The notes: generated by a model from the sequence alone, not told the origin. A DNA stretch of 64,000 bases from an uncultured Candidatus Saccharibacteria bacterium (GCA_964650645.1 CAZYUH010000001.1:79373-143372); one strand, 5' to 3'; counted from the first letter of the stretch, positions 9,596 to 19,307 are shown. Program-made: numbers and translations.

Positions 9596-9746
9596 ATGTT
9601 TGCGCGTAAATTATAAAAACTCCCGGCCGGACGCGCGAGCCCGAAGCCCGCGTACCGCCAAGTGTACCAGATGCGGGCACGCGCGCTATGGCGCGCAAAA
9701 CAAAAGACCGCCTTACCGCAGATACCCGATAAGGGGTCTTCTGCAG

Positions 9747-10565
9747 TTAGGCGGTTTGGAGCTGCTCGCGCTTGATCGGATACCACTCGAGTTCTGACTT
9801 CCAGAGGGAATACCTCTTTGGCCTTTCGGACACATCGAACCCCTTTCCGTGGGCGCACTGGCCGAACAAGTGGGATCCTTGCAGATCTACCAGCACTTCG
9901 CTGCTGGTTAGGTTTTCATCGGGAATGAGGCCGAGATGCACGTCCCATGGCATGAGGCGGTAATTGCGGGCAAATGCCTCCTCAATGCTTACCAGTTTGT
10001 GCTTATTGCATTCGAAATTTTCTGCAATACGCTCGTCCCACCACTGGAGATGCTTTTCCCACGCTTCACGCTCCCTACGCATTTGCTCTTCCGTATATTC
10101 CTGGTAACACGGGCGGCAATGATCGAGCTCTTCCTCAAGCGTGAGGAATGGGCCGATGAGTTCTTCGAATCTCCTGAATACCGGCAGAGGACACTCGATC
10201 GAGCGCCAACTATCGACATACGGGGTCCCTCCAGGCTGACGCTCATCATCCTTAAGGAAGAGTGCCTTGAAACAGTAATATCCGCGAGAAGCGCCGTGGC
10301 CGCTCCCATTATGGGTCTGCATATCGCAGAAGCGCACATCATGCCAGCCAAATCCTTCTTTTCGGCGGATACGGCTAATGACTTCTCGCGCGCAAAGCAC
10401 CAAGCTTTGCCCGTACTGGGGACTCGTGCTGAACACGCAGATCGGGCCAGGAATATGCGGGCCTCCGTCGTCGAAGATCGCATACTCCAGTTCGACGTCG
10501 TGGCCTGAATGCCCATCGTGATAGGCAAGATGCTTCAGATAAGGAAGTTCTGTTATCTGGTCCAT
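9747..10565 (-). CDS. hypothetical protein (His/Cys-rich), first gene of low-GC island
   Basis: 272 aa; HDGHSGHD, CRPCYQEY motifs; GC clearly lower than flanks. Confidence 0.5.
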   Translation of the reverse strand: MDQITELPYLKHLAYHDGHSGHDVELEYAIFDDGGPHIPGPICVFSTSPQYGQSLVLCAREVISRIRRKEGFGWHDVRFCDMQTHNGSGHGASRGYYCFKALFLKDDERQPGGTPYVDSWRSIECPLPVFRRFEELIGPFLTLEEELDHCRPCYQEYTEEQMRREREAWEKHLQWWDERIAENFECNKHKLVSIEEAFARNYRLMPWDVHLGLIPDENLTSSEVLVDLQGSHLFGQCAHGKGFDVSERPKRYSLWKSELEWYPIKREQLQTA

Positions 10566-10795
10566 CGGACCCTCCTGTTAGTTTGAGTGGATTATGAAAG
10601 AATAGTTCTGTTATAAATTATATACTATTTATATCTATTTGTCAAGTATCGAAAAAACAGGACGTTAAGCACCCGAAACGACGCCCCTGAAGTGCCTCCA
10701 GATCTCGACCATCGCCAGGGTGTCGAGCTTGCAGTACTCGAGCATGCCCTTAGAAATTATCCTCTTGCATCTGCAAGCAGACATTCAAAGCAACA

Positions 10796-13700
10796 TTAAT
10801 CTGAAAGATCTACCAATTTACAAAAAACATTCAGTAACATCATTTCGCTTATAGAGCCCGCCTCTGCGCTGGCTATCCGGGGATCAGCGACCACAACAGC
10901 CAGACACTGAGCTCTAGATATGGCCACATTGACTCGGTTACGATCGAGAATAAAGGCAAGGCCGCGCGAACCGTACTCCCCAAAACTAGAACAGAGCGAG
11001 AGGATGCAAACAGGTGCTTCTTGCCCCTGGAACTTGTCCACACTGCCGACGCGGGCACCGACCGGCAACTCAGCTTGTAGCGCTCGAACCTGCGCATTAT
11101 AGGGAGCAATGAAGAGAAAGTCCTCTAGCGTCAAAGGTCTTACGGTTCCATCGGAAGCCGTGTAAAGACGCCCTACCATCTCTTCATAGACTGCCACCAC
11201 CCTCCTTACCTCTTCATGGCTCTGCTGAATATTTCCATCATGCACAACGCCGCTAAACACAATGCCATGCTCTTTGACCACCAAACTGGCACTGGCCGGT
11301 ACTATAATTCTCTGATTAAGACAGTCGATATAGGAGCCCAAGCGTCCCTCGTAAATGCTTTCCGATATAAACCGGCAGACTGACGGGTGCATACGACGGG
11401 ATTCTCCAAGAAAGAGTCCGTAATCCAAAGGCACAACGGCGTGATAGATAGGCAGGTCTGCTTGGCTGGCTTTTAAATCCTTAAGGGCATATTGCAAGGA
11501 CGAAAGACCCGCATCGCCAGGATGTGTTCCCTGTATGGGTTGCTCAAGCTGCATCTGGTCTCCAAGAAGGACCATGTTTTGTGCGGCTCGGGACATTGCG
11601 ATAGCGTTTGCGAGCGATACTTGCCCAGCCTCATCTATGAAAAGAAAATCCAAAGCGCCCTCCCATTCAGGCAAGGTGAAGAGCCATGCAGTACCGCCGA
11701 CGACTCCGGAAGTGTAAGCTCCGCGAGCATCTTTATTACTTTGGATGTGCTTGAACGCGGGGTTATCCGAAAATAACGCGCCCTCATCATCTCCCCCAAC
11801 CTTTATTCCATTAAAGACTTCTCCCTGCTCCCTGACGGCCTCGCCGCAAGCGACAAGCAGATTTACAACGGCTTTGTGGCTATTTGAAGCGACACCGACT
11901 TTCTTCCCGGCCGCAAGCAGAGCTTTTATGACACGCGCTGCCGTATAAGTCTTGCCTGTACCGGGAGGCCCCTGAACAACAAGGCAGCCACCAGCCATCG
12001 AGCCCGTTACCCTGATGCCCGCATCGACAGTGACCTCTCCGGACTGTTGCAGAACAAGTGCAGGAGATATCCGCTGCAATAAGGAAACAACGGGAAGATG
12101 CAGGCCTTCTGAAAGATGCCGTACGGCCACTTCTGTCAGCGCTTTTTGTATTGAAGTCGCAGGCACGTACTCATAAGGAATCAGCGAACCGCGCTGAGGA
12201 AAGGCGCCATCGAACTTCTCATCCAAAGCCCTGTTCCCAATCTTAAGCTGGAGGGTACCCTCAGCCATATCCAAGCCCACCAAGGTTAGCTTTCCTTCAA
12301 TATTGTGCGTAAACATTACGGAAGTCTTGCCATCTCCAGCAAGCTTGCATTCCTGAGACGGGTCGAATTTGTATGTTTGTACCAGTGATTGCTTTTCGGC
12401 AACTGGCGATCCTACGGCCTGGACCCCCTGCATGCATCCGGAATCATCGCGCAGCTCTTCAGCAGTCGCCTCGACGCGATCGAACATGCGCCACCACACA
12501 GGCTTCTCTTCCCGTCGGTGAAAATCAATCAGGTCAGCAAGCGTTACGGACAGATAATCGCTCCGCTTGCGTAAATTAACAACCGCCTCCTGTCGCGCGA
12601 TAACTTCCGGCGGCACTTCCTTTGGAGTCTCTGAAGAGGAGCCGGTTGCCATTGAGGGCCGAGACACCGCGATATTATGTTCGCTTGCAATCCTTCTTAG
12701 CCATTGCAGCAGCTCAACAGTGGACTTGCAGTCGTCTTCATTGTAGTCGCGGATGCTCTTGAGGAGCGGGCTTTCCTGCCAATTATGTGGCTGCCTACTT
12801 TCCATCCAGTTTGCATACTGCACTATGGAATCGACCGCAGTACCAACCTCAGTTGTACGATGCGGCCTGTAGAGATGCTCGACCGACTTGATAGAGTAGC
12901 TATCCTCGCCGATGCGCAATCCGTGCCGAACAATCTTGTACAGGTCCACAAAGACCCCGGCGCGGAGCAAGGCATCAACTTCGTCCTGCCTGGTGTCATG
13001 ACGGGTACTCAAGCGGCTTACCGCGCTCTCTTCGTAAGCGGCGTAGTGGTAGATATGCATGCCGGGGTTTTCCCTCCAGCGCTTATGCACCCAGTCTATA
13101 AAACCCTCAAACGCGGATTTTTCCTCTTCACGGCTGTGCGCCCACCAGTCGACAAAATTTAGTTCTCCAGACGGGTCACGGAAAGAGACCCCGAAAAGAT
13201 ACTCTAGTCCGCCAGGAACAAGCGGGTACCCTTCCATATCGAAAAAGACATCTGCCTGATGATCAGGCGGGAGCGCAGCAAGTCCCACAGGCACCCCGTT
13301 CTCTCCGACCTGAGACAGCAGCTCATATCGTGCCGGCGCACTAGCGTTGCCTAACCGATCATCGCGCGTCTGACACTGCAAGCGAGCTTGCCCCACTAGC
13401 TTTTTCATCGAGTCTTCCGCAAGCCTGGGAACGGACTTGCCCGATGCCGCAGCAAGTCCTGCCATCGTTGTAATGCCCGCCCCTTTTAGCTTTTTTATCT
13501 GACCAACTGTTATATTGGCCACCCTCGCGAGAGAGTCCGTATCATCGAAAAATTGATTTGCGTGCGACCCCCAGCAACCATGTCCGGCGCCAAGCACAGG
13601 TTCCGGCCTATCAACCATATTTCCAGTAAAGCCGTCCTGGAGAGCAAGGAAGCTTTTCTTTAGTCGCCGGTAGTAGTGGATGAAGTCCTCGACGCGAAAC

Positions 13701-14215
13701 TCCACACGGTCCTTGTTGCCAAGTATCACGCCAAACTTTTCCGGCATTGGTTCGCCAGTCGCCGCAGCAAGCATCTCTGAGTAGCAACAGAGTTGGATGA
13801 TGTAGTAAGGCTTCGGGGAACGGGCGAGCTTAGTGTCCCATATCTGGTAATGCCCCGATTCGTCGAGTATAAGAAAGTCAGCAAAACCCGCAAATTGCCC
13901 CTCATTCAAGGCGGCTTGATAGATGATGGGGGCTTTTGCTTTGATAGCCGCGATAGTAGCTTCTCGGGCAGCAGCTACGTCCTTTTTAGAAATCTCTACC
14001 AAGCCGGGCTCAGCCGCCTTAAACTCCTCAAGTATCATGCGCTCATGCTCATCCCCCGTGCGAGCAATAAGCTTTTGGTCTTCAGATTCCTCATCAGGCG
14101 ATACTGCTTTTGGGTTTTCCAAATAATAGCGATCCATCCAAGAGGCAAAGGATGATTTGACATAGCAAACCAAATCGCTTGGAGAATATACGAGTTTTCC
14201 GGATATTTTTTTCAT
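10796..14215 (-). CDS. RecB-family (TM0106/Cas4-like PD-(D/E)xK) nuclease fused to Upf1/DNA2-like SF1 helicase; Nhi-like defence nuclease-helicase
   Basis: 1139 aa from MKKISGK; N-term GFADFLILDE...IWDTKLAR...QLCCYSEML (motifs II, III, QxxxY); C-term VVQGPPGTGKT Walker A, FLFIDEAGQVS Walker B, VLLGDQMQL, VDKFQGQE. Confidence 0.8.
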   Translation of the reverse strand: MKKISGKLVYSPSDLVCYVKSSFASWMDRYYLENPKAVSPDEESEDQKLIARTGDEHERMILEEFKAAEPGLVEISKKDVAAAREATIAAIKAKAPIIYQAALNEGQFAGFADFLILDESGHYQIWDTKLARSPKPYYIIQLCCYSEMLAAATGEPMPEKFGVILGNKDRVEFRVEDFIHYYRRLKKSFLALQDGFTGNMVDRPEPVLGAGHGCWGSHANQFFDDTDSLARVANITVGQIKKLKGAGITTMAGLAAASGKSVPRLAEDSMKKLVGQARLQCQTRDDRLGNASAPARYELLSQVGENGVPVGLAALPPDHQADVFFDMEGYPLVPGGLEYLFGVSFRDPSGELNFVDWWAHSREEEKSAFEGFIDWVHKRWRENPGMHIYHYAAYEESAVSRLSTRHDTRQDEVDALLRAGVFVDLYKIVRHGLRIGEDSYSIKSVEHLYRPHRTTEVGTAVDSIVQYANWMESRQPHNWQESPLLKSIRDYNEDDCKSTVELLQWLRRIASEHNIAVSRPSMATGSSSETPKEVPPEVIARQEAVVNLRKRSDYLSVTLADLIDFHRREEKPVWWRMFDRVEATAEELRDDSGCMQGVQAVGSPVAEKQSLVQTYKFDPSQECKLAGDGKTSVMFTHNIEGKLTLVGLDMAEGTLQLKIGNRALDEKFDGAFPQRGSLIPYEYVPATSIQKALTEVAVRHLSEGLHLPVVSLLQRISPALVLQQSGEVTVDAGIRVTGSMAGGCLVVQGPPGTGKTYTAARVIKALLAAGKKVGVASNSHKAVVNLLVACGEAVREQGEVFNGIKVGGDDEGALFSDNPAFKHIQSNKDARGAYTSGVVGGTAWLFTLPEWEGALDFLFIDEAGQVSLANAIAMSRAAQNMVLLGDQMQLEQPIQGTHPGDAGLSSLQYALKDLKASQADLPIYHAVVPLDYGLFLGESRRMHPSVCRFISESIYEGRLGSYIDCLNQRIIVPASASLVVKEHGIVFSGVVHDGNIQQSHEEVRRVVAVYEEMVGRLYTASDGTVRPLTLEDFLFIAPYNAQVRALQAELPVGARVGSVDKFQGQEAPVCILSLCSSFGEYGSRGLAFILDRNRVNVAISRAQCLAVVVADPRIASAEAGSISEMMLLNVFCKLVDLSD

Positions 14216-14321
14216 ACCACCCCTGGGGCCATACGTAGTGCAAACAGTAGCGCCTAAGAGCCGCCAGGGCAATACACAAATCATGGACTACATAGTTAAT
14301 TGCGCAATTAGGCCGGCAGCC

Positions 14322-14615
14322 CTACCAACCCACGCTTGTTACCAATCCGATCGAGCCTAGTATGCCCGCAACGCGCTCGCAATCCGCTCTTATGCCGCGA
14401 TATACGACCGCGCTGCCGCTGGTGTGGACGATATTCGCCAGCTGCGCCGCAGCCGCGGCCGAACATCCCGTCGCCTTAATCAATTGGCCTATTACGTCGT
14501 CAAAGGTGTGGCACTCGCAATTAAAAAGGGTCGTCTTCCACCCGGCGACAGTTGCGCCAAAATCAAGCTCAATCTTAATGATATTTTCGACTTTAGGTTC
14601 CATTGTTACAACCAC
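14322..14615 (-). CDS. ClpS-like (N-end rule adaptor fold) protein with substituted degron-pocket residues
   Basis: Aligns with E. coli ClpS core (VILVNDDYTPMEFVIDVL...AVHYQGKAICGVF) as TTLFNCECHTFDDVIGQL...IVHTSGSAVVYRG; NDD replaced by NCE. Confidence 0.5.
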   Translation of the reverse strand: MVVTMEPKVENIIKIELDFGATVAGWKTTLFNCECHTFDDVIGQLIKATGCSAAAAAQLANIVHTSGSAVVYRGIRADCERVAGILGSIGLVTSVGW

Positions 14616-14627
14616 GTAGTTAAACAG

Positions 14628-15050
14628 CTATTTGCCCTTCAGCGCAATCGCGATCCGCTCGACGGACCTAACCGGCTTTTTCTTTACGTCGTGCTCCCAT
14701 ATCCTTACGACCTTCCAGCCGAGCTTTTTGAGCTTGGCGTTATTCCTGCGGTCGCGGCGCATATTCTCCTTGATTTTCGGGAGCCAGTATTTCTTTGGCA
14801 GCCTCTTGCCCTGGTTCTTGAACTTATACCCGTGCCAGAAGGCCCCGTCCATGAACACGGCAACCTTCTTGGACACGAACACGATATCCGGCCTCCCGGG
14901 GAGCTTGCGGTAATGGATCCTGTAGCGGTAGCCCTTCTTGTAGAGCGCGGCGCTCACCAGCTTCCGCAGGGCGATCTCGGGCTTGATATTCTTGGAGCGT
15001 ATGAGCGACATGATCTCGCTCCGCCTCTCCTTGGAAAAGATGTCGGCCAT
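14628..15050 (-). CDS. vsr: very short patch repair endonuclease Vsr
   Basis: MADIFSKERRSEIMSLIRSKN...VFMDGAFWHGY canonical Vsr motifs. Confidence 0.85.
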   Translation of the reverse strand: MADIFSKERRSEIMSLIRSKNIKPEIALRKLVSAALYKKGYRYRIHYRKLPGRPDIVFVSKKVAVFMDGAFWHGYKFKNQGKRLPKKYWLPKIKENMRRDRRNNAKLKKLGWKVVRIWEHDVKKKPVRSVERIAIALKGK

Positions 15051-15093
15051 CTCAAGCAAGCATACCCCGCCGGCCACACAAATGCCGCCAAAT

Positions 15094-15300
15094 CTATCTA
15101 AACAGGTCCCTGGTCGAAACTCCTAAAGATATTGCCAATTTCTCAATAGTTTGAAGAGTAATGTTTTTCTTACCGCACTCAATCCTGCTTACATAAGCCT
15201 TGTCTGCACCTAGAAGTTTCGCTAGGTCTTCTTGGGACAATCCCTTCTTAATTCTCAACTGCTTAATTGTGTACCCAAAACGGGAAAAAATGGTCTGCAT
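15094..15300 (-). CDS. XRE-family HTH regulator (R-M controller C-protein-like)
   Basis: 68 aa; LRIKKGLSQEDLAKLLGADKAYVSRIECGKKNITLQTIEKLAISLGV HTH_3. Confidence 0.8.
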   Translation of the reverse strand: MQTIFSRFGYTIKQLRIKKGLSQEDLAKLLGADKAYVSRIECGKKNITLQTIEKLAISLGVSTRDLFR

Positions 15301-15426
15301 CCTTATTCACACCATAAACCCTTTTTATTTGATAGCAAGTTGTATCATAATACAACTATAGCAAATTGGAGGCTTTTCGGAAGATTATTTTGCTTGATAG
15401 GCTGAGAAAGATATAATTTACACTCT

Positions 15427-16494
15427 ATGGCTTCTCTTAAAAATAAGAAACCAACAATCATAAGCCTCTTTGCAGGGGCTGGCGGACTAGATATCGGCAT
15501 GAAGCAAGCCGGATATCACGTTGCTGTTGCGCTAGATTTTGACCACGATAGCTGCGAAACCTTAAAGACCAATTTCAAGGACTCTGCAGTTATCGAAGGC
15601 GATATTACACAAGTATCGACTGAGCAAATCCTTGAAGCTGGAGGTTTAAAGGTCGGCGAAGTGGATCTTTTAATCGGAGGACCTCCATGCCAACCATTCT
15701 CAAAATCCGCATTTTGGAATGGTTCAAAGGGTTTAAAAGACCCCAGGGCCGTAACCCTTCATGAGTATGTTCGAGTCTTACGGGATACAAAGCCTAAGGC
15801 TTTTCTTTTGGAGAATGTGTTTGGTCTTCTATACAAAAACAACAGCGACGCATTTTCTTTTTTGCAGGACGAATTCGGAAAGCTGGGGTACGAAATTGTT
15901 TACAAGGTAGTTAATACTGCGGACTACGGAGTACCGCAAACCCGCCAACGCTTGATCATACTCGGATCCAGGAAAGGCAGACTAGCATTCCCTGAGCAGA
16001 CCCACCGCGACCCTTTGAAGGAAGAGGGGCTGACATTATTCGAGAAAAAATTACCGACCTACATTACAGCAAAAGAAGCATTTAAGGGATTGAGACACGA
16101 CTGGAAGGAAGTGCCGGCAGAATTAACTGTAAATGGAAAGTGGGGCCATTTATTGAAAGATATTCCACCCGGAGATAACTATCTTTTCTATACTGAGAAG
16201 AAGGGGCATCCAAATCCCCTATTCGAATGGCGCTCTCGCTATTGGACCTTCCTTCTGAAGTTAGATCCAAAAAGACCATCTTGGACCATCCAGGCTCAAC
16301 CGGGGCCTTACGTCGGGCCATTTCACTGGGACAATCGGAGAATGACTCTTGCGGAACGGAAAAGGATACAAACTTTCCCCGATAACTACATATTTGTTGG
16401 CAAGAGAGGTTCTGTGCAGAAGCAAATCGGCAATGCTGTCCCTTCAGAACTAGGGCGAGTTTTAGGCAAGGCGATTAAGGATCAATTATTTTAA
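15427..16494 (+). CDS. dcm: DNA (cytosine-5)-methyltransferase
   Basis: 355 aa; motif I FAGAGGLDIGM, motif IV GGPPCQPFS, motif VI ENVFGL. Confidence 0.9.
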   Translation: MASLKNKKPTIISLFAGAGGLDIGMKQAGYHVAVALDFDHDSCETLKTNFKDSAVIEGDITQVSTEQILEAGGLKVGEVDLLIGGPPCQPFSKSAFWNGSKGLKDPRAVTLHEYVRVLRDTKPKAFLLENVFGLLYKNNSDAFSFLQDEFGKLGYEIVYKVVNTADYGVPQTRQRLIILGSRKGRLAFPEQTHRDPLKEEGLTLFEKKLPTYITAKEAFKGLRHDWKEVPAELTVNGKWGHLLKDIPPGDNYLFYTEKKGHPNPLFEWRSRYWTFLLKLDPKRPSWTIQAQPGPYVGPFHWDNRRMTLAERKRIQTFPDNYIFVGKRGSVQKQIGNAVPSELGRVLGKAIKDQLF

Positions 16495-17157
16495 AGCTTT
16501 CTCACCTCGGCGAGGTATTCTTGCCCAGTGGTCATAAAATTCTTGCCGCGATTTGAATTCGCCACGCTCTTCGCGAATGCGGTCTATCTCCATTACCGCA
16601 CCAACGTAGTCTCGTGTAGCGCTAGAAGCCGTATGCGATGCGACTTTCCACGGCTCAACAACAAGAAGCTCAAAATTGCTTACCTTATTGGCTGCCGCAT
16701 CAACATCAAAAATGGCTATCAAATCTATATGATGCGTATAGTCGGCAAAGGGGCGAATAGTCTGTGGGAATTTCTTATCCTGATGCTTTAAGTAGGTCCC
16801 GAAGGAGTACAGGGTTATTCGAGACTGAGTACGGTTGGGATTACGACCACGTCTTGCCGCCTTAATATCGAGGGCGACCAACGCGTTCTTAAAATGCTCC
16901 CCCGTCAACTCCAAGTCCGGATAGTGGCGCATGCCACCTTCCGTTACGGACACGCTCTTCAGCTTATCCGTCTTACGCTTGAGATGAGCAATAAGGGCCC
17001 CTTCGATAATATTACCTAGTGTTCCAGGTTCAAGATCCAGGGGAATAATTTCTCCCGTACTAGTGGCAAAACCGATAATATCGAATACGAAGTCCGAGTA
17101 CATTTCACGCACCCACGCCTTCATTTCGTTCACATTGGCTTTTTTGAGACTTGCCAT
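16486..17157 (-). CDS. putative type II restriction endonuclease (PD-(D/E)xK), cognate of adjacent C5-MTase
   Basis: 223 aa; YPDLEL...ALDIK fits PD-x(n)-(D/E)xK; tail-to-tail 9-bp overlap with dcm; low GC. Confidence 0.5.
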   Translation of the reverse strand: MASLKKANVNEMKAWVREMYSDFVFDIIGFATSTGEIIPLDLEPGTLGNIIEGALIAHLKRKTDKLKSVSVTEGGMRHYPDLELTGEHFKNALVALDIKAARRGRNPNRTQSRITLYSFGTYLKHQDKKFPQTIRPFADYTHHIDLIAIFDVDAAANKVSNFELLVVEPWKVASHTASSATRDYVGAVMEIDRIREERGEFKSRQEFYDHWARIPRRGEKALK

Positions 17158-17343
17158 AATGCTATCCTACACCGGTATCTTATTTATTGACAGAGCTTAG
17201 ATTTTATACCACTATCTCAAAATTACACAGGTTATTACGTAATCGGAAATAAAAAAGCTGCCTCATAGCGCCCACAAGAGCCTCATGTTTATTAGGATTA
17301 TTGGCTGCAGATCCCTTTTGCAAAAGTAATTAAATATTAAAGC

Positions 17344-18900
17344 TTACGAAAAACTCAAACCAAACATATCCTGAAGCAGTTTCTCAACTATTGCCTTATA
17401 GTCTTCTACTTGCTGGTCGGTTACGTTTGGAGTTGCCCTGACATGATTTAAATCACATCTCAACTTGTAGTAATATTCTATTTTTTTTAATGTATTGGCA
17501 TCAATAGGTAGAGTCTTAATAACTTCTTTTTGCAAGTCGGATCTATTTTCAATTATTGCCTTAAACTTTGCCGCCCCCAATCCTTGCTCGTTTATTAAGT
17601 ACTCTTTATAAGCAATGTCGACGGTACTATCCAATACAATAAGGGCAATTCTATTCTTTTGACTAAAAGGGAACTTCGATATGAGGTCAGCGGCGATGAC
17701 ACTTTCCAGCAGCCCTGCACTCCAGGGCTTCTCGGCAACTATCAACTCATTCGCGCCGATGACTTTTTGATGCCATTTTTGCTTACTTGCCGGCGCTTTT
17801 GGTAAGTAGTTCTTTGGAATGCTAGTAATAGTGTCTAGCTTTTCTTCCAAAACCACGCCAGTTTTATAAGGAAAAACTTGAGTATCCCATTTACCCTGAA
17901 GACTCCTGGATACTTGAGCAAATTTTTTAGTCGCATCAATGACACTCTGTTGCAGAGCCTGGAAGATGGGATGCTTGGTATTAATGCCTGACTTACTACT
18001 GTCCCAAGGCATGTCGCGCGACTGCCCCTTTATTCTTACTATAGTACGCACCAGGGAAATATTGTAATGAGGATTGCCAACCATGCCCGCAGAAAAACCG
18101 ACCGAAAAGTCATTCAACCCTCGTGCAATCAACCTATTGTTACAGTATACAAATACCCCATAAGACTTATCCGGGTCGCCCGGATGGTCAATTAAACCTG
18201 CCAATATCTCAACGTCAACCTCTCTGCCCTCTATCGGTATCACTCCGGAGAACTTTGTAGGGAAAAGGCCGGGCGGATAAGACCATTGGTCATCAAAGTT
18301 TACGGCTTCTATTTTATCTCCATTGATTGTAATCATGGCGCCCCTGTCTAAAAATTTTGAATACACTTCCGATAGATGGACTTTTAAATTAGAAATCCCC
18401 TCCGGGGTCAGATGGACACGAAGCTTACTTAGTTCAATTAAGGTAGTGTACGGGCTGAGAGTGTTATGTGATTCCGCATAAGGGAGCTGCCAGCTTGGAT
18501 CATCTGTAATCCAGTGTTCGTCAAATTTCACTGTATAAGACTTTGCATTTTCATATCTAGAATGAATAGCGATATCCTGCGCTAAAGCAACAACCGCACG
18601 CTTACTGCCCACTCCAAAGTATCCAATTACACCATCACCAACATCGTTTGTTGTTTTGCCCGGACTAACAACATGGTCGAGTTTAGATTCTTCTATTCCT
18701 CCCGCATTGTCTTCTATTGATATAGTCTGCTGGTTTTCATCAATGGATATCTTTATCTCTAAATCAGCGCGCTTATTTTTTGACCAAAGATCAATAGCGT
18801 TATCGATAAGTTCGCATATTGCACGCTTCAAATCGTATTCTGAAATTATGGAAAGGAATATTCTTTTTTCAGGCGTAGCATCTAATATTTTCGGGTGCAT
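17344..18900 (-). CDS. MORC/MutL-like GHKL ATPase (HATPase_c_3) of unknown function
   Basis: 518 aa from MHPKIL; Bergerat N-box ELIDNAIDL, G1 box DNAGGI, G2 GYFGVGSK; remainder has no recognisable domain. Confidence 0.7.
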   Translation of the reverse strand: MHPKILDATPEKRIFLSIISEYDLKRAICELIDNAIDLWSKNKRADLEIKISIDENQQTISIEDNAGGIEESKLDHVVSPGKTTNDVGDGVIGYFGVGSKRAVVALAQDIAIHSRYENAKSYTVKFDEHWITDDPSWQLPYAESHNTLSPYTTLIELSKLRVHLTPEGISNLKVHLSEVYSKFLDRGAMITINGDKIEAVNFDDQWSYPPGLFPTKFSGVIPIEGREVDVEILAGLIDHPGDPDKSYGVFVYCNNRLIARGLNDFSVGFSAGMVGNPHYNISLVRTIVRIKGQSRDMPWDSSKSGINTKHPIFQALQQSVIDATKKFAQVSRSLQGKWDTQVFPYKTGVVLEEKLDTITSIPKNYLPKAPASKQKWHQKVIGANELIVAEKPWSAGLLESVIAADLISKFPFSQKNRIALIVLDSTVDIAYKEYLINEQGLGAAKFKAIIENRSDLQKEVIKTLPIDANTLKKIEYYYKLRCDLNHVRATPNVTDQQVEDYKAIVEKLLQDMFGLSFS

Positions 18901-18972
18901 ATATAAAACAAATCTTACGCACAAAGAATACGCCTTTTAAGGCTCTTTACAAGGCCTCAACAAAGCGACCCA

Positions 18973-19167
18973 TCATTTCCCCTTCCAGTCGCGGATTATG
19001 AGCTTTTTGTTCTTCAGGTCCACTTGCACGGTAAGCTTCTGCTTCTCCTTCCAGCCGAACTCCTTAATAGCCTCCATGGGGAGGCTTATCGAATAGCTCC
19101 TGCCCGCCACCTTGGTGATCTTGCGAACCGGCTTCGCGCTCAAACTCGCCTTGGGTCGTCCTGCCAT
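18973..19167 (-). CDS. AbrB/MazE/SpoVT-family DNA-binding protein
   Basis: 64 aa; SISLPMEAIKEFGW swapped-hairpin barrel signature. Confidence 0.55.
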   Translation of the reverse strand: MAGRPKASLSAKPVRKITKVAGRSYSISLPMEAIKEFGWKEKQKLTVQVDLKNKKLIIRDWKGK

Positions 19168-19277
19168 ACCGGCATTTTACACCCAGAATCGCGCAGCTAA
19201 TTGCGCAATTACCATCCCTTTCCTTCTTCTCCTCCCAGCCTCGCCCCTCTCCTCGCTTTCCCCGCCTCACCCCTCCC

Positions 19278-19307
19278 AATCTATTCTAGTGTTTTGCAAA
19301 ATTCCAG
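19278..19307. repeat. direct repeat copy 1 (GTGTTTTGCAAAATTCCAGAATAGATTT) containing inverted arms AATCTATTCT/AGAATAGATT
   Basis: Seen directly; identical 27-28 nt copy at 19580-19607. Confidence 0.8.

Noticed and set aside
12704-13162. Plus-strand ORFs inside the nuclease-helicase gene (for example 12704..13162, 13793..14155)
   Set aside because: They are antisense to a 1139-aa frame with complete helicase motifs.
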